NCBI GenBank assembly: GCA_945901265.1
Contig: CAMDJZ010000005.1
Location: 856 to 64,855, forward strand
Direction of reading: 5' to 3'
Origin: Rickettsia typhi
GTDB taxonomy: Bacteria; Pseudomonadota; Alphaproteobacteria; Rickettsiales; UBA1997
Length of the DNA stretch: 64,000 nucleotides
The position numbers and the translations under genes were made by a program. Position 1 is the first letter of the stretch, and each line of letters starts with the position of its first letter. Under the pieces are notes generated by a model. It saw only the letters and a program-made list of their open reading frames with translations, made no database searches and was not told the DNA's origin. Below are positions 1 through 10,283 of this stretch, piece after piece.

Positions 1-14
1 ATTTCATTCATCAC

Positions 15-761
15 ATGAAAATAATTAAGTATTTAATTAAAAATATTTTTTCAATAATTTACCCTACAACTTGCATATGTTGTTATAAAATTATTAATAA
101 AGATGGAATTTTTTGTAAAAATTGTTTTAGAGATTTGGAATTTATTTCACCAATTAAATGTCAAATATGTTCACTGCCAATTCGCAATCAATATAAGTTC
201 TGCACAAACATATCTTGCGCTCCTTGCTTACAAAAAAAACCTCATTTTGATTCTAGCTATGCTATTTTTATATACAACCAGACTATTGGTAAAGCAATTA
301 TTGATTTAAAATATAAAGATCAAACCTTCCTTGCTCTAAAATTTGCTAAAATTTTTAAATCACAAATCAAAAATATTATTTCGCAAATTGATTATGTTAT
401 AAGCGTTCCAATGCATAAAAAGAAATTAGTTAAACGTAAATATAACCAAGCTAATTTGCTTGCTCGAAATATTTCTCCTGAAAAATATTTTCCTCAAGTT
501 TTACTGCGTATTAAAAATGATGATTCGCAAATCGGTCTAAGTCGTAATAAGCGAAAGAAGAATTTGCGCAAGAGTTTTATTGTTAATCCTAAATTCGTTA
601 AGAATATTTATGGAAAAAAAATTTTAATAATTGACGATGTTATGACCACCGCCTCTACTCTCAATTATTGCGCTAGGGCTTTAAAAAGAAATGGAGTGAC
701 CAAGGTTTATGTTGCTGTTATTGCAAAAACGGTTAATAATAAAATTAATTTAAATAACTAA
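15..761 (+). CDS. comF: ComF family protein (phosphoribosyltransferase domain)
   Basis: N-terminal Cys-rich zinc-finger-like region (CICC...CKNC...CQIC). C-terminal PRTase motif ILIIDDVMTTASTL. Confidence 0.8.
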   Translation: MKIIKYLIKNIFSIIYPTTCICCYKIINKDGIFCKNCFRDLEFISPIKCQICSLPIRNQYKFCTNISCAPCLQKKPHFDSSYAIFIYNQTIGKAIIDLKYKDQTFLALKFAKIFKSQIKNIISQIDYVISVPMHKKKLVKRKYNQANLLARNISPEKYFPQVLLRIKNDDSQIGLSRNKRKKNLRKSFIVNPKFVKNIYGKKILIIDDVMTTASTLNYCARALKRNGVTKVYVAVIAKTVNNKINLNN

Positions 762-1511
762 TTTATTTAAAATAATTTGAGAGCTATGATACCATGAATC
801 GGAGTTTTTTAAATAACAAGATGGATTGAATCGACGATTAAAAACTCTTGCCAATATTTGCATTTCTTCATCATAATGATTATTGAAATTATTAATACGA
901 TATCCAAAAATTCTTAGACGATTTTTAATTTTAAATATATCCGCACTGCAGTCAGATGGATAAAACATAATTTTATCATCATTTGGATTTAATGAAATTT
1001 TTGGAAAAATACTAACTTCATTATTTGCTAAAAATTTCCAGTCAAATAAATGCGAAGGATCTTGTTTGCGATCAAGCATTAAAGTGTCTGCGTTATAAGC
1101 GATATCGCTATGACCAACAATGTTGCGTGGGGTAATCTGATATTTCTTAGAAAGATAACGACATAATTTAGCACATGCTGTCATTTGTGGCATATTAAAG
1201 CCAATTGAAAAAGGGTCACTACTTATTAATTCAATTCCAATCGAGAATTTATTTAGACCATCAATTCCTTGCCAATAACTTTTCCCAGCATGAAAAGCAA
1301 TATCCTTTTCAGCAATAAGTTCAAAAACATTTCCATTATCGTCAATTAAATAATGGCAGCTAACTTTATTTTCATAAAGTTGATCAAGGGCATTATCTAA
1401 TGAATTACCTTGAATATGATGCAAAACAATAAACTTAATATTCCTTTTTTCATTTGATTGCGTAAAGCAGTCAACAAATTTTTCTGCTTTATTTAAGCTA
1501 AGTAAATTCAT
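750..1511 (-). CDS. N-acetylmuramoyl-L-alanine amidase (amidase_2/AmpD-like) with a C-terminal peptidoglycan-binding-like repeat
   Basis: FIVLHHIQG and AFHAGKSYWQG motifs typical of amidase_2. The C-terminal IKNRLRIFGY...MQILARVFNRRFNP resembles a PG_binding_1 domain. Confidence 0.75.
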   Translation of the reverse strand: MNLLSLNKAEKFVDCFTQSNEKRNIKFIVLHHIQGNSLDNALDQLYENKVSCHYLIDDNGNVFELIAEKDIAFHAGKSYWQGIDGLNKFSIGIELISSDPFSIGFNMPQMTACAKLCRYLSKKYQITPRNIVGHSDIAYNADTLMLDRKQDPSHLFDWKFLANNEVSIFPKISLNPNDDKIMFYPSDCSADIFKIKNRLRIFGYRINNFNNHYDEEMQILARVFNRRFNPSCYLKNSDSWYHSSQIILNKLVI

Positions 1512-1518
1512 AACAGTT

Positions 1519-1546
1519 TTGACTTTAAAAAATTATAAAATAGAAT
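1519..1546 (+). promoter_or_regulatory. Candidate sigma70-like promoter upstream of maeB (TTGACT-N16-TAGAAT)
   Basis: Hexamer match and spacing read directly from the sequence, about 170 nt upstream of the maeB ATG. -10-like hexamers are common in AT-rich DNA, so this is weak. Confidence 0.2.
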
Positions 1547-1716
1547 AAAAATATAATCATTTGAAGTTACTTTTCTTATTAAAAAGAAAAATATAATGCT
1601 TCAGGATCTAAATAGAAATTGAGTTTCAATAAGAATTCAAAATATATTTATTGCAAATTTTTTAAAAGAATAAAAAAATAATTTTTATTAACAACTGATT
1701 TAACAAATATAATTTT

Positions 1717-4026
1717 ATGGCTAACAAAATAAATAATAATTCAAAAAATTCCAGCATCCACTCTAATAAAAGCTCAAAAGAAATTGAAGCATTGCAATTC
1801 CATATGCAAGGTGGACAGGCTGGAAAAGTTGCAATGCATGCAACTAAACCATTAAATACACAGCGTGATTTAGCCTTAGCATATTCGCCAGGAGTTGCGG
1901 TGCCTTGCCTAGAAATCGAAAAAAATCCTGAAACCGCTTACGATTATACTGCTAAAGGAAATTATGTTGCAGTAATTTCTAATGGCACAGCTGTTCTTGG
2001 TCTTGGGAACCTTGGGGCTTTAGCAAGTAAGCCAGTAATGGAAGGAAAGTCAGTTTTATTTAAGAGATTTGCTGATATTGATTCCGTTGATATCGAAGTT
2101 GCCACTGAAAATGCTGATGAATTTATCAATGCCGTAAAATACCTTGGCCCAACTTGGGGTGGAATTAATCTTGAAGATATTCGCGCGCCAGAGTGCTTTA
2201 TTATCGAAAGCAAATTACGCGAATTAATGGATATACCAGTATTTCATGACGATCAACATGGAACGGCAATTATTTCCGCCGCAGGAATTATAAACGTCCT
2301 ACATTTAGCAGGTAAAAAATTTAATGAAATAAAAGTTGTAGTCAATGGCGCAGGTGCTGCTGGAATTGCCTGTTTAGAACTTTTAAAAGCCATGGGCTTA
2401 CCACATGAAAATGCAATTTTATGCGATACAAAAGGAGTAATCTTTAAAGGCAGAGCTGATGGCATGAATCAATGGAAATCAGCTCATGCTGTTGATACAA
2501 AATTGCGCACTCTATCTGAAGCAATGAAAGGATCAGATGTGTTTTTAGGACTTTCTGTTAAAGGAGCGGTTTCTCAAGAGATGGTAAAATCAATGGCAAA
2601 AAATCCAGTGATTTTTGCAATGGCCAATCCTGATCCTGAGATTACTCCCGAAGATGTCCATGCCGTTCGTGATGATGCAATTGTTGCAACTGGTCGAAGT
2701 GACTATGAAAACCAGGTTAATAATGTTATGGGTTTTCCATATATTTTTAGAGGCGCTCTTGATGTTAGAGCTTCAACGATTAATGAAGAAATGAAAATTG
2801 CCGCAGCCCATGCATTGGCAGAATTGGCTCGCGAAACTGTTCCTGACGAAGTAGTTAAAGCCTATGGCGGAAGAGAAATGAAGTTTGGAAAACATTACAT
2901 TATTCCTACCCCATTTGATTCAAGATTAATTTATACAATTCCTCTAGCGGTTGCTAAAGCTGCTGTTGAAACAGGTGTTGCGCGTAAACCAATTACTGAT
3001 TGGGACGAATATAAAAAGCAATTAAAAGCGCGACGCGATCCATCAGTAAACAGTCTTGGCTTTATTTTTGAAAAATTAAAAAGATCCCCAAAAAATATTA
3101 TTTTTGCTGAAGGTGAGCAAAATGAAGTAATTAAGGTTTCGGCAATGTGGCGAGATAATGGTTATGGTAAACCAATTTTAATTGGCAAGAAAGAAAAAAT
3201 TCTTGAAAAAATGAATGAATTCAATATTGCCAGTGATGGGATTGAAATTTATAATTCCTCTTTATCGGATGAAAATAATAAATTTATCGATTATCTTTAT
3301 AAAAAACTTCAACGCAAAGGCGTTTTACAATCTGATTGCGCAAGAATGGTAAAAACTGATCGTAATGTATTTGCGGCTTCAATGCTTGCTTGTGGTCATG
3401 GCGATGCCCTGCTTACAGGATTGACAAGAGGCTACAGCACTTCATTAAATGACATTTGGAAAGTTATAAGAAATAAAAAAGATCATATTGTTCTTGGAAT
3501 TTCAATGATTATTTCTAAGGGTCGAACAATTTTTATTGCCGATACTGCCTGTTCAGAATTATCATCTTCGGAGCATTTAGTTAATATCGCAATTCAAACT
3601 GCAAATAAAGTTCGCTCAATGGGCTATGATCCGCGAGTGGCATTTTTATCCTTCTCAAATTTTGGAAGTGCTTTAAAAGCCGAATCTGGTCGTATTAAAA
3701 AAGCTGTTGAGTTGCTTGATGATATGAATGTTAATTTTGAATATGATGGCGAAATGACTGCCGATGTTGCATTGAATCCGGATAAAATGTCAAAATATCC
3801 ATTTTGTCGCTTAACAGCTAGTGCCAATATTTTGATTTGCCCAGGACTTCATTCGGCAAGTATCGCCACAAAACTTCTTGAGGAAGTTGGAAATTGTACA
3901 GTCATTGGACCAATCCTTGACGGGTTCGAAAAACCTGTTCAAATTATCACAATGCGTTCATCAATTAATGATATTCTTAATATGGCAGCTATTGCTAGTA
4001 TTGACGCGATAACTGAAAAAAAATAA
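1717..4026 (+). CDS. maeB: NADP-dependent malic enzyme with C-terminal phosphate acetyltransferase-like domain
   Basis: 769 aa. Malic enzyme motifs LALAYSPGVA, VISNGTAVLGLGN and FHDDQHGTAI, followed by a PTA-like C-terminal half. Confidence 0.93.
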   Translation: MANKINNNSKNSSIHSNKSSKEIEALQFHMQGGQAGKVAMHATKPLNTQRDLALAYSPGVAVPCLEIEKNPETAYDYTAKGNYVAVISNGTAVLGLGNLGALASKPVMEGKSVLFKRFADIDSVDIEVATENADEFINAVKYLGPTWGGINLEDIRAPECFIIESKLRELMDIPVFHDDQHGTAIISAAGIINVLHLAGKKFNEIKVVVNGAGAAGIACLELLKAMGLPHENAILCDTKGVIFKGRADGMNQWKSAHAVDTKLRTLSEAMKGSDVFLGLSVKGAVSQEMVKSMAKNPVIFAMANPDPEITPEDVHAVRDDAIVATGRSDYENQVNNVMGFPYIFRGALDVRASTINEEMKIAAAHALAELARETVPDEVVKAYGGREMKFGKHYIIPTPFDSRLIYTIPLAVAKAAVETGVARKPITDWDEYKKQLKARRDPSVNSLGFIFEKLKRSPKNIIFAEGEQNEVIKVSAMWRDNGYGKPILIGKKEKILEKMNEFNIASDGIEIYNSSLSDENNKFIDYLYKKLQRKGVLQSDCARMVKTDRNVFAASMLACGHGDALLTGLTRGYSTSLNDIWKVIRNKKDHIVLGISMIISKGRTIFIADTACSELSSSEHLVNIAIQTANKVRSMGYDPRVAFLSFSNFGSALKAESGRIKKAVELLDDMNVNFEYDGEMTADVALNPDKMSKYPFCRLTASANILICPGLHSASIATKLLEEVGNCTVIGPILDGFEKPVQIITMRSSINDILNMAAIASIDAITEKK

Positions 4027-4031
4027 ATTTT

Positions 4032-4484
4032 ATGGCACAACCACTCTCATCTCATTTAGTATCACAAATCCTAACAAATGAAGAATCCCCCCGATTGTCA
4101 AAAGAATCTGTTCACAATGGATCAGCGATGTCTTCAACTGATGGGCAAGCTATTGCTCCGGGAGGTGGTGGAATGTCGCAAGGAATTGGTGGATCAATTG
4201 GCAAAACACTAAGTTCTATAAAATTAGAGTCACCTTTTGGTGGCGGAAAAATCGATGGCTTCATGGATACACTAAATCAAAATGCTGCTTTAGGAAAAAA
4301 TCCCTTTGAAGTTTTTGATGGCACGATGCTTTCACCAGCGGCCAAACCTGATTTTGCAGCTCAAATGCAGGAATTTTCATCTATGCAAAAAATTGAAATT
4401 AAATCTGCACTTGGAGCAATTAATGCTGACATTGCTGGACATACTGGCGTAATATCTCAGCAACAAGGCGGACAATCACATTAA
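4032..4484 (+). CDS. Hypothetical Gly/Ser/Gln-rich protein, no recognisable domain
   Basis: 150-aa ORF starting 5 nt after the maeB stop and ending 2 nt before the next ORF. Its composition is unlike the Asn/Lys/Ile-rich local average. No signal peptide is seen. Confidence 0.5.
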   Translation: MAQPLSSHLVSQILTNEESPRLSKESVHNGSAMSSTDGQAIAPGGGGMSQGIGGSIGKTLSSIKLESPFGGGKIDGFMDTLNQNAALGKNPFEVFDGTMLSPAAKPDFAAQMQEFSSMQKIEIKSALGAINADIAGHTGVISQQQGGQSH

Positions 4485-4486
4485 TC

Positions 4487-4702
4487 ATGAAAAACTCTTA
4501 TAATAATTTAAATTCATTACCAATATCGATTAATTCATCGTTACAAATTTTGACAGAAAAAAAACCTGAAGATAATGAATCAGATGAAAATTTAAAATCA
4601 TTGGAGCCAATAGATAATCCTAACCAAGATGATCCTCAATTAAAAAAAGATCCAACAATGTTTGGCGACTGGCAAATTAATTGCCGTACAATTGATTTTT
4701 AA
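4487..4702 (+). CDS. DUF1674 domain protein (SDHAF4-like succinate dehydrogenase assembly factor family)
   Basis: The C-terminal DPTMFGDWQINCRTIDF matches the DUF1674 signature (P.R.GDWE..GR..DF) at the extreme C-terminus. Confidence 0.7.
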   Translation: MKNSYNNLNSLPISINSSLQILTEKKPEDNESDENLKSLEPIDNPNQDDPQLKKDPTMFGDWQINCRTIDF

Positions 4703-4785
4703 CATTTAGTAATTTTATTAGTTATAAATTATTATCATTAATTTATAACTAATTATTTAGCTTTCTACTTTAAATAAATATCAAC

Positions 4786-5844
4786 ATGTTAAAATTTTTT
4801 TTATTAGTAATAATTATTTTTATCAGCGCCTTGGTAATTTTTTTTAGCGAGTCTGGTTACTACAGGGGAATAATATCAGATCACTTTGATGGCAAATCAT
4901 TTTACAATCCAAAAGAAAAAAATATTGATCAAAAAAGAAGTTTTTTTTCATATTTTTTTAATAAATTTAAATATGAAAAACAATTTGGTAAAGTAAAATG
5001 GCAGGATAAATTAATTACAATTGAGCAAAATAAGCCTTTACAAAAAATCAATGATAAATCTATCCACCTTACCTATGTTGGTCACTCGACTTTTCTTTTG
5101 CAATTAGAAGGCTTAAACATTCTTACTGATCCAATTTTTTCAAATCGCGCAAGTCCATTTACATTTCTTGGGCCAAAAAGAGCGATAATTACAGGTATAA
5201 ATTTTAATGATCTTCCAAAAATTGATATTGTTTTAATAAGCCATTCTCACTACGATCATATGGATTTACCAACAATAGTAAAACTTCAAAAACATTCACA
5301 ACCAAAATTCATAACTGGACTTGGCAATTGTTTTTTCCTAAACAAAATTAGAAAAATGAATCTTGATTGCGTCGAGTTAGATTGGCATGAAAAATTTTCC
5401 TCTTCACAAAATTTTAATATTCATTTTTTACCAGCCTTACATTGGTCAAAACGTATGATGTTTGGTAGAAATGCTAGTTTATGGGGTGCATTTGCAATTG
5501 AATCAAAAATTGGTAATATTTATTTTGCTGGCGATACTGGTTATGATTTGCATTTTAGCGATGCAAAAAAACAATTTAAACAATTTAAACTTGCACTTCT
5601 GCCAATTGGCGCATATAAACCACAGGACTTTATGTTAAAATATCACCTCAGCCCTTCGCAAGCTGTTAAGGCGCATTTTGATTTAAATTCAAAAAAATCA
5701 ATTGCCATGCATTATCAAACATTTAAATTATCCTCAGAAAATTTTGATGATCCGGTAATTGATCTTGAAAATGAAAAAAAACTAAAAAAAATATCCGCTG
5801 ATTTTATAACTCTTAAGGTTGGTAAAAAATTAATTTTAAATTAA
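4786..5844 (+). CDS. MBL-fold metallo-hydrolase (NAPE-PLD-like) with N-terminal membrane anchor
   Basis: HSHYDHMD metallo-beta-lactamase motif and a hydrophobic N-terminus (LLVIIIFISALVIFF). Confidence 0.75.
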   Translation: MLKFFLLVIIIFISALVIFFSESGYYRGIISDHFDGKSFYNPKEKNIDQKRSFFSYFFNKFKYEKQFGKVKWQDKLITIEQNKPLQKINDKSIHLTYVGHSTFLLQLEGLNILTDPIFSNRASPFTFLGPKRAIITGINFNDLPKIDIVLISHSHYDHMDLPTIVKLQKHSQPKFITGLGNCFFLNKIRKMNLDCVELDWHEKFSSSQNFNIHFLPALHWSKRMMFGRNASLWGAFAIESKIGNIYFAGDTGYDLHFSDAKKQFKQFKLALLPIGAYKPQDFMLKYHLSPSQAVKAHFDLNSKKSIAMHYQTFKLSSENFDDPVIDLENEKKLKKISADFITLKVGKKLILN

Positions 5845-5951
5845 TTTATAACTTCTGGTGAATTTATATTTTTTATTTAATTTCAAGATTGATTATAATT
5901 TTTGGAGCGATAAATTTAGCAAAAAATTTCTTAAATATTTTTTAAAAATTC

Positions 5952-7427
5952 ATGAATTTTCCAATTCTTTCAACGCTAATTTTTTTACCAATTATTTGCG
6001 CATTTTTCTTGCTTTTTTTTCCGATAAAAAATGCTGTAATTCTTTACTCATTTGGAATCTTGGTAAGTATTTTAAATTTTTTTATTAGCGTAGTTTTACT
6101 TAGCCAATTTGATCTTACTAAAACTGAATTTCAATTCACTGAAATTGTTAAATTTTTTTCAAGTAGCGATATAAAGTATTTTGTTGGTATTGATGGTATT
6201 TCCTTATCGATGATTATGCTAACTACCCTTCTAGTTCCTATCTGTATAGCTATAAGCATCAATTCAATCAAAACCCGTATTAAAGAATTTATTATTGCTT
6301 TCTTGGTTATGGAAGGGTTGGTGATTGGCTCATTTTGTTCGTTAGATTTGTTATTTTTTTACATCTTTTTTGAAGCTATGTTAATTCCGATGTTCTTGCT
6401 AATTGGAATTTGGGGTGGTGAGAATCGAGTATACGCTTCTTATAAATTTTTTCTTTATACATTATTTGGATCGGTATTTTTTTTATTCGCGATTATCTTA
6501 ATTTTTTTATATACCGGAACAACTGATGTTATACTTTTAGCTAAGTCATTAAAATCATTTTTTCCACCCAATTATCAAATCTGGTTTTTTCTTGCTTTCT
6601 TTCTATCATTTGCAATTAAAATACCGATGTTTCCATTTCATACTTGGCTTCCAGATGCTCACGTTCAAGCTCCAACCTCCGGTTCAGTGATTCTTGCGGG
6701 AATATTAATTAAGCTTGGAGCATATGGATTCTTGCGTTTTGCAATTCCTTTTTTCCCAATTGGTGCCCAATATTTTGCGAATTACATTTTGATTTTAAGT
6801 GCTATCGCAATTATATACGGATCTTTTGTGGCATTGATGCAAGAGGATATGAAAAAAATGATTGCTTATTCATCAGTTGCCCATATGGGTTTTGTAACTA
6901 TGGGAATTTTTAGTTTTACGCAACAAGGAATTGATGGAGCAATTTTCCAGATGATTAGTCATGGTTTAGTTTCAGCTTCTTTATTCATGTGCGTTGGATC
7001 GATTTATGAAAGATTCCATACCAAAAAAATAAGTGATCTGGGGGGGATTGCGCTATCAATGCCTAACTTTGCAATCATGGCGATGATCTTTACTTTAGCT
7101 TCGGTTGGACTACCTTCTACAAGCGGATTTGTTGGTGAATTCCTAACAATAATTGGCACTTTTAAGGTTAATAAATTAATTTCCTTAATTGCAGGATTAG
7201 GAGTAATATTGGGTGCCTGTTATATGCTCTGGCTATATAAAAGAGTTTGGTTTAGTGAAATCGTCAATAATGACATTTTAAAAGCAAAAGATATTAAAAA
7301 CTTTGAATTAACAAGTTTTTTAATTATGGCTATTCTTATTGTTACTCTAGGAATAATGCCAAATTTAGTAATAAAATATTTTACAAATTCATCAGCTGAA
7401 ATTGTTAAAATTTTTATAACTAAATAA
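5952..7427 (+). CDS. nuoM: NADH-quinone oxidoreductase subunit M
   Basis: Polytopic 491-aa protein with FPFHTWLPDAHVQAPTSGSVILAG, typical of NuoM/ND4. Confidence 0.92.
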   Translation: MNFPILSTLIFLPIICAFFLLFFPIKNAVILYSFGILVSILNFFISVVLLSQFDLTKTEFQFTEIVKFFSSSDIKYFVGIDGISLSMIMLTTLLVPICIAISINSIKTRIKEFIIAFLVMEGLVIGSFCSLDLLFFYIFFEAMLIPMFLLIGIWGGENRVYASYKFFLYTLFGSVFFLFAIILIFLYTGTTDVILLAKSLKSFFPPNYQIWFFLAFFLSFAIKIPMFPFHTWLPDAHVQAPTSGSVILAGILIKLGAYGFLRFAIPFFPIGAQYFANYILILSAIAIIYGSFVALMQEDMKKMIAYSSVAHMGFVTMGIFSFTQQGIDGAIFQMISHGLVSASLFMCVGSIYERFHTKKISDLGGIALSMPNFAIMAMIFTLASVGLPSTSGFVGEFLTIIGTFKVNKLISLIAGLGVILGACYMLWLYKRVWFSEIVNNDILKAKDIKNFELTSFLIMAILIVTLGIMPNLVIKYFTNSSAEIVKIFITK

Positions 7428-7497
7428 TTTCAACAAAATTACTAATATATTTTTTTTAACTTAAACAAAATATATTTTATTTTATTATATTATAATT

Positions 7498-8943
7498 ATG
7501 AATATAGCAGTATTATTACCAGAAATTACTCTTTTTTGCGGAGGATTATTAATCCTCATGCTTGATATTTTTCTTTCAAAAAAAAAAGCTAATTTTTTTT
7601 ATATCAATCATCTTATAGCCCTTGTTATTTGTGGAATTAGCATTGCCTTATCTTTTAAAAATTTTGTATTAAATGACTTTTTCTTTAATAAATTATATCA
7701 CAATTCACCACTTATTTCACTGGTTAAATCATTCATAATCCTTCTGCTTACCTTTGTTTTGGTAATGTCACTTCGTTTTGTATGTTTAAAACCTAAATTT
7801 AGCGCTGAATTTCTGGCATTAATTTTATTTGCAACGACTGGTGGAATAATCATGATCGCCAGTAATGATTTTTTGGTTTTCTATTTAGGGCTTGAATTGC
7901 AAGCCTTATCCTTTTATCTACTTTCGGCAATAAATACCAAATCTCCAAAATCTAGTGAAGCTGGTTTAAAATATTTTATTTTAGGGAGTTTAGCTTCTGG
8001 TCTTTTGCTTTACGGTATTTCTATGATCTATGGCTTTATGGGAACAACAAATTTTTCATCGATTGCTGAATTAGTTGAGCTTCAAAAAAATGATGTCTCA
8101 TCAGGCTTTTTACTTGGGATTATTTTAGTTCTAATTGCAATGTTTTTTAAACTATCAAATGCCCCATTCCATATGTGGGCCCCGGACGTATATGAAGGAT
8201 CGCCAACAATTGTTGCAACAATTTTTGCAACGGTTGGTAAGTTTAGCGCGGTACTTGCTTTATCCTTGCTATTTTATAATTTTTCTTGGCTTATTCTTAG
8301 TAAAATTATGGTTTCAGTTGGATTGCTTTCAATTATCGTTGGGTCATTTGGGGCGATATTTCAAAAAAACTTTAAACGCCTTTTAGCCTTTAGCTCTATT
8401 TCACATGTTGGTTTTGTTATTATTGGATTTGCTGGACTTGGTAAAAATGTTCTAGTTGCAGTAATTTTTTACATTTTTGTTTATAGCCTGATTAGCCTTG
8501 GGACATTTGGTTTTTTAAATTTAATGGTAAGTAAAAATGACATTGATAATGATGCTGAAGATAATAAAATTTTTAATATTTCTTCACTATCAGGATTATC
8601 AAAAACCAATCCGGTAATGGCTTTATGTCTTTCTTTGCTAATGTTTTCAACCGCTGGAATTCCTCCCCTTGCTGGTTTTTTTTCTAAATTTTATATCTTA
8701 TCGTCTACATTAGCCAGCGGGTTCTTTTTCTTTGCATTAGTAGCAATAATTTTCTCAGTAATTTCTGCTTTTTATTACTTAAGAATTGTTAAAATAATAT
8801 ATTTTGATAAGCCAAATAATGCCATGGTTGTTGATGAATCATTGGCCATTAAATCAATTATTATTTTTTCAGCAATTTTAAATTTAATTATGATAATTTT
8901 TATAGAAAATATTTTTTCTCTTCTTAATAGTTTTATTTTTTAA
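7498..8943 (+). CDS. nuoN: NADH-quinone oxidoreductase subunit N
   Basis: Polytopic 481-aa protein with APFHMWAPDVYEGSPT, typical of NuoN/ND2. It directly follows nuoM. Confidence 0.92.
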   Translation: MNIAVLLPEITLFCGGLLILMLDIFLSKKKANFFYINHLIALVICGISIALSFKNFVLNDFFFNKLYHNSPLISLVKSFIILLLTFVLVMSLRFVCLKPKFSAEFLALILFATTGGIIMIASNDFLVFYLGLELQALSFYLLSAINTKSPKSSEAGLKYFILGSLASGLLLYGISMIYGFMGTTNFSSIAELVELQKNDVSSGFLLGIILVLIAMFFKLSNAPFHMWAPDVYEGSPTIVATIFATVGKFSAVLALSLLFYNFSWLILSKIMVSVGLLSIIVGSFGAIFQKNFKRLLAFSSISHVGFVIIGFAGLGKNVLVAVIFYIFVYSLISLGTFGFLNLMVSKNDIDNDAEDNKIFNISSLSGLSKTNPVMALCLSLLMFSTAGIPPLAGFFSKFYILSSTLASGFFFFALVAIIFSVISAFYYLRIVKIIYFDKPNNAMVVDESLAIKSIIIFSAILNLIMIIFIENIFSLLNSFIF

Positions 8944-8953
8944 AAATTTAACA

Positions 8954-10255
8954 ATGACAAAATTCACGCAAAAGACAGATAAGCCATTTAGTGGTGATGT
9001 GATAGTTTCTCCAGATAAATCAATATCTCATCGGGCTTTAATTTTTGCAAGCTTGGCAAATGGTAAATCAAAAATTACTAATATTTTAGAAGGTGAAGAT
9101 GTTCTTCGAACCGCTCAAGCTCTTAGATTAATGGGTGTTGAAATTATTAAAAAACCGAATTTTTATGAAGTTAATGGCTCAGGATTACTTGGACTTTTCG
9201 AACCTGATGATATTTTAGATTTAGGTAATTCTGGAACTTCAACTAGATTGCTTGCTGGGCTTGTTACGCCATATAATTTTACAACTTTTTTTACAGGTGA
9301 TAATTCACTTCGAAAAAGACCTATGGCAAGAATATTTTCACCAATTTTAAAATTTGGGGCAAAAATAATTTCTCGTCAAAATAACTTTCTACCCTTTGCA
9401 ATTACTGGAGCAAAAAATCCACTTCCAATTGATTTTCATATGGATATAGCTTCTGCTCAGGTTAAAAGTTGTATTTTATTAGCAAGCTTAGCAACACCTG
9501 GTATTACAACTATTATTGAGCCAGAAAAATGTCGTGATCATTCAGAAATTATGATGAATTATTTAGGATTAAAACTGAAAACTGAAAAATATCAAAATGG
9601 TTTAAAGCATAGATATCAAGGCTTGCAAGAATTTAATGCTCGAGATTTTACAATCCCTAATGATATTTCTTCTGCAAGTTTTTTTATCGTTGCAACTCTT
9701 TTAGTAAGAAATTCTAAAATTAGTTTACGCAATGTTGGCCTTAATCCCCTGCGCACTGGAATAATTACTACCCTAGTTGAAATGGGAGCAAATATTTCAA
9801 TTTCTAATCAACAGCAAATTAATGGCGAAGAAGTCGGTGATATAAATGTTGAATATTCAAAGCTCAAAGCAGTTGAAGTTCCTGCTTCAAGAGTTTCATC
9901 AATGATTGATGAGTTTCCGATTCTTGCAATTGCTTGTGCGAATGCAAATGGAACTTCCAAATTTATTGGCTTGAATGAATTAAAAACTAAGGAAAGTAAT
10001 CGACTATTAATGATCTCGCAAAATCTTGAAAAATGTGGCGTAAGCACGATTATGACCAGTGATTCATTAGATATTTCAGGTAATTTTACAATGCCCAAAA
10101 ATATTGTTAAAATTTCTACTGCCATGGATCATCGTATCGCTATGTCATTCTTAATTATGGGCTTAACCCTAGAAAATGGCCTTGAAATTGATGATGATGA
10201 AATGATTAAGACAAGTTTTCCTAATTTCGATAAAATTTTACATCAAGCTTTATAA
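8954..10255 (+). CDS. aroA: 3-phosphoshikimate 1-carboxyvinyltransferase (EPSP synthase)
   Basis: PDKSISHRALIFASLA, LGNSGTSTRLLAGL, KESNRL and DHRIAMSF motifs. Confidence 0.93.
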   Translation: MTKFTQKTDKPFSGDVIVSPDKSISHRALIFASLANGKSKITNILEGEDVLRTAQALRLMGVEIIKKPNFYEVNGSGLLGLFEPDDILDLGNSGTSTRLLAGLVTPYNFTTFFTGDNSLRKRPMARIFSPILKFGAKIISRQNNFLPFAITGAKNPLPIDFHMDIASAQVKSCILLASLATPGITTIIEPEKCRDHSEIMMNYLGLKLKTEKYQNGLKHRYQGLQEFNARDFTIPNDISSASFFIVATLLVRNSKISLRNVGLNPLRTGIITTLVEMGANISISNQQQINGEEVGDINVEYSKLKAVEVPASRVSSMIDEFPILAIACANANGTSKFIGLNELKTKESNRLLMISQNLEKCGVSTIMTSDSLDISGNFTMPKNIVKISTAMDHRIAMSFLIMGLTLENGLEIDDDEMIKTSFPNFDKILHQAL

Positions 10256-10283
10256 TTTTGAAATAAATATTTTTAAATTATAT

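Noticed and set aside
1962-3827. Minus-strand ORFs 1962-2213, 2253-2465 and 3624-3827. Similar antisense or embedded track ORFs occur across the window, e.g. 103-309, 8135-8386, 9808-10125, 11282-11479, 12700-12966, 14546-14728, 16237-16497, 16577-16903, 19379-19579, 21261-22254, 24874-25171, 26658-26873, 27469-27699, 28456-28653, 29385-29684, 29985-30215, 32995-33192, 34188-34436, 36557-36808, 38881-39087, 40164-40373, 41366-41575, 43637-43867, 44914-45117, 45840-46127, 47789-47980, 48824-49009, 49382-49797, 52698-52913, 54733-55261, 56783-56968, 57762-58152, 58930-59172, 60334-60531, 61279-61488, 63264-63488 and 63730-63939.
   Set aside because: All are fully embedded in, or antisense to, long ORFs with unambiguous conserved-protein signatures. 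They have no recognisable motifs and are shadow ORFs.
5858-6088. 76-aa ORF upstream of and overlapping nuoM
   Set aside because: It has a GTG start and low-complexity Phe/Asn/Lys content, and it overlaps the true nuoM start in another frame. It is most likely spurious.
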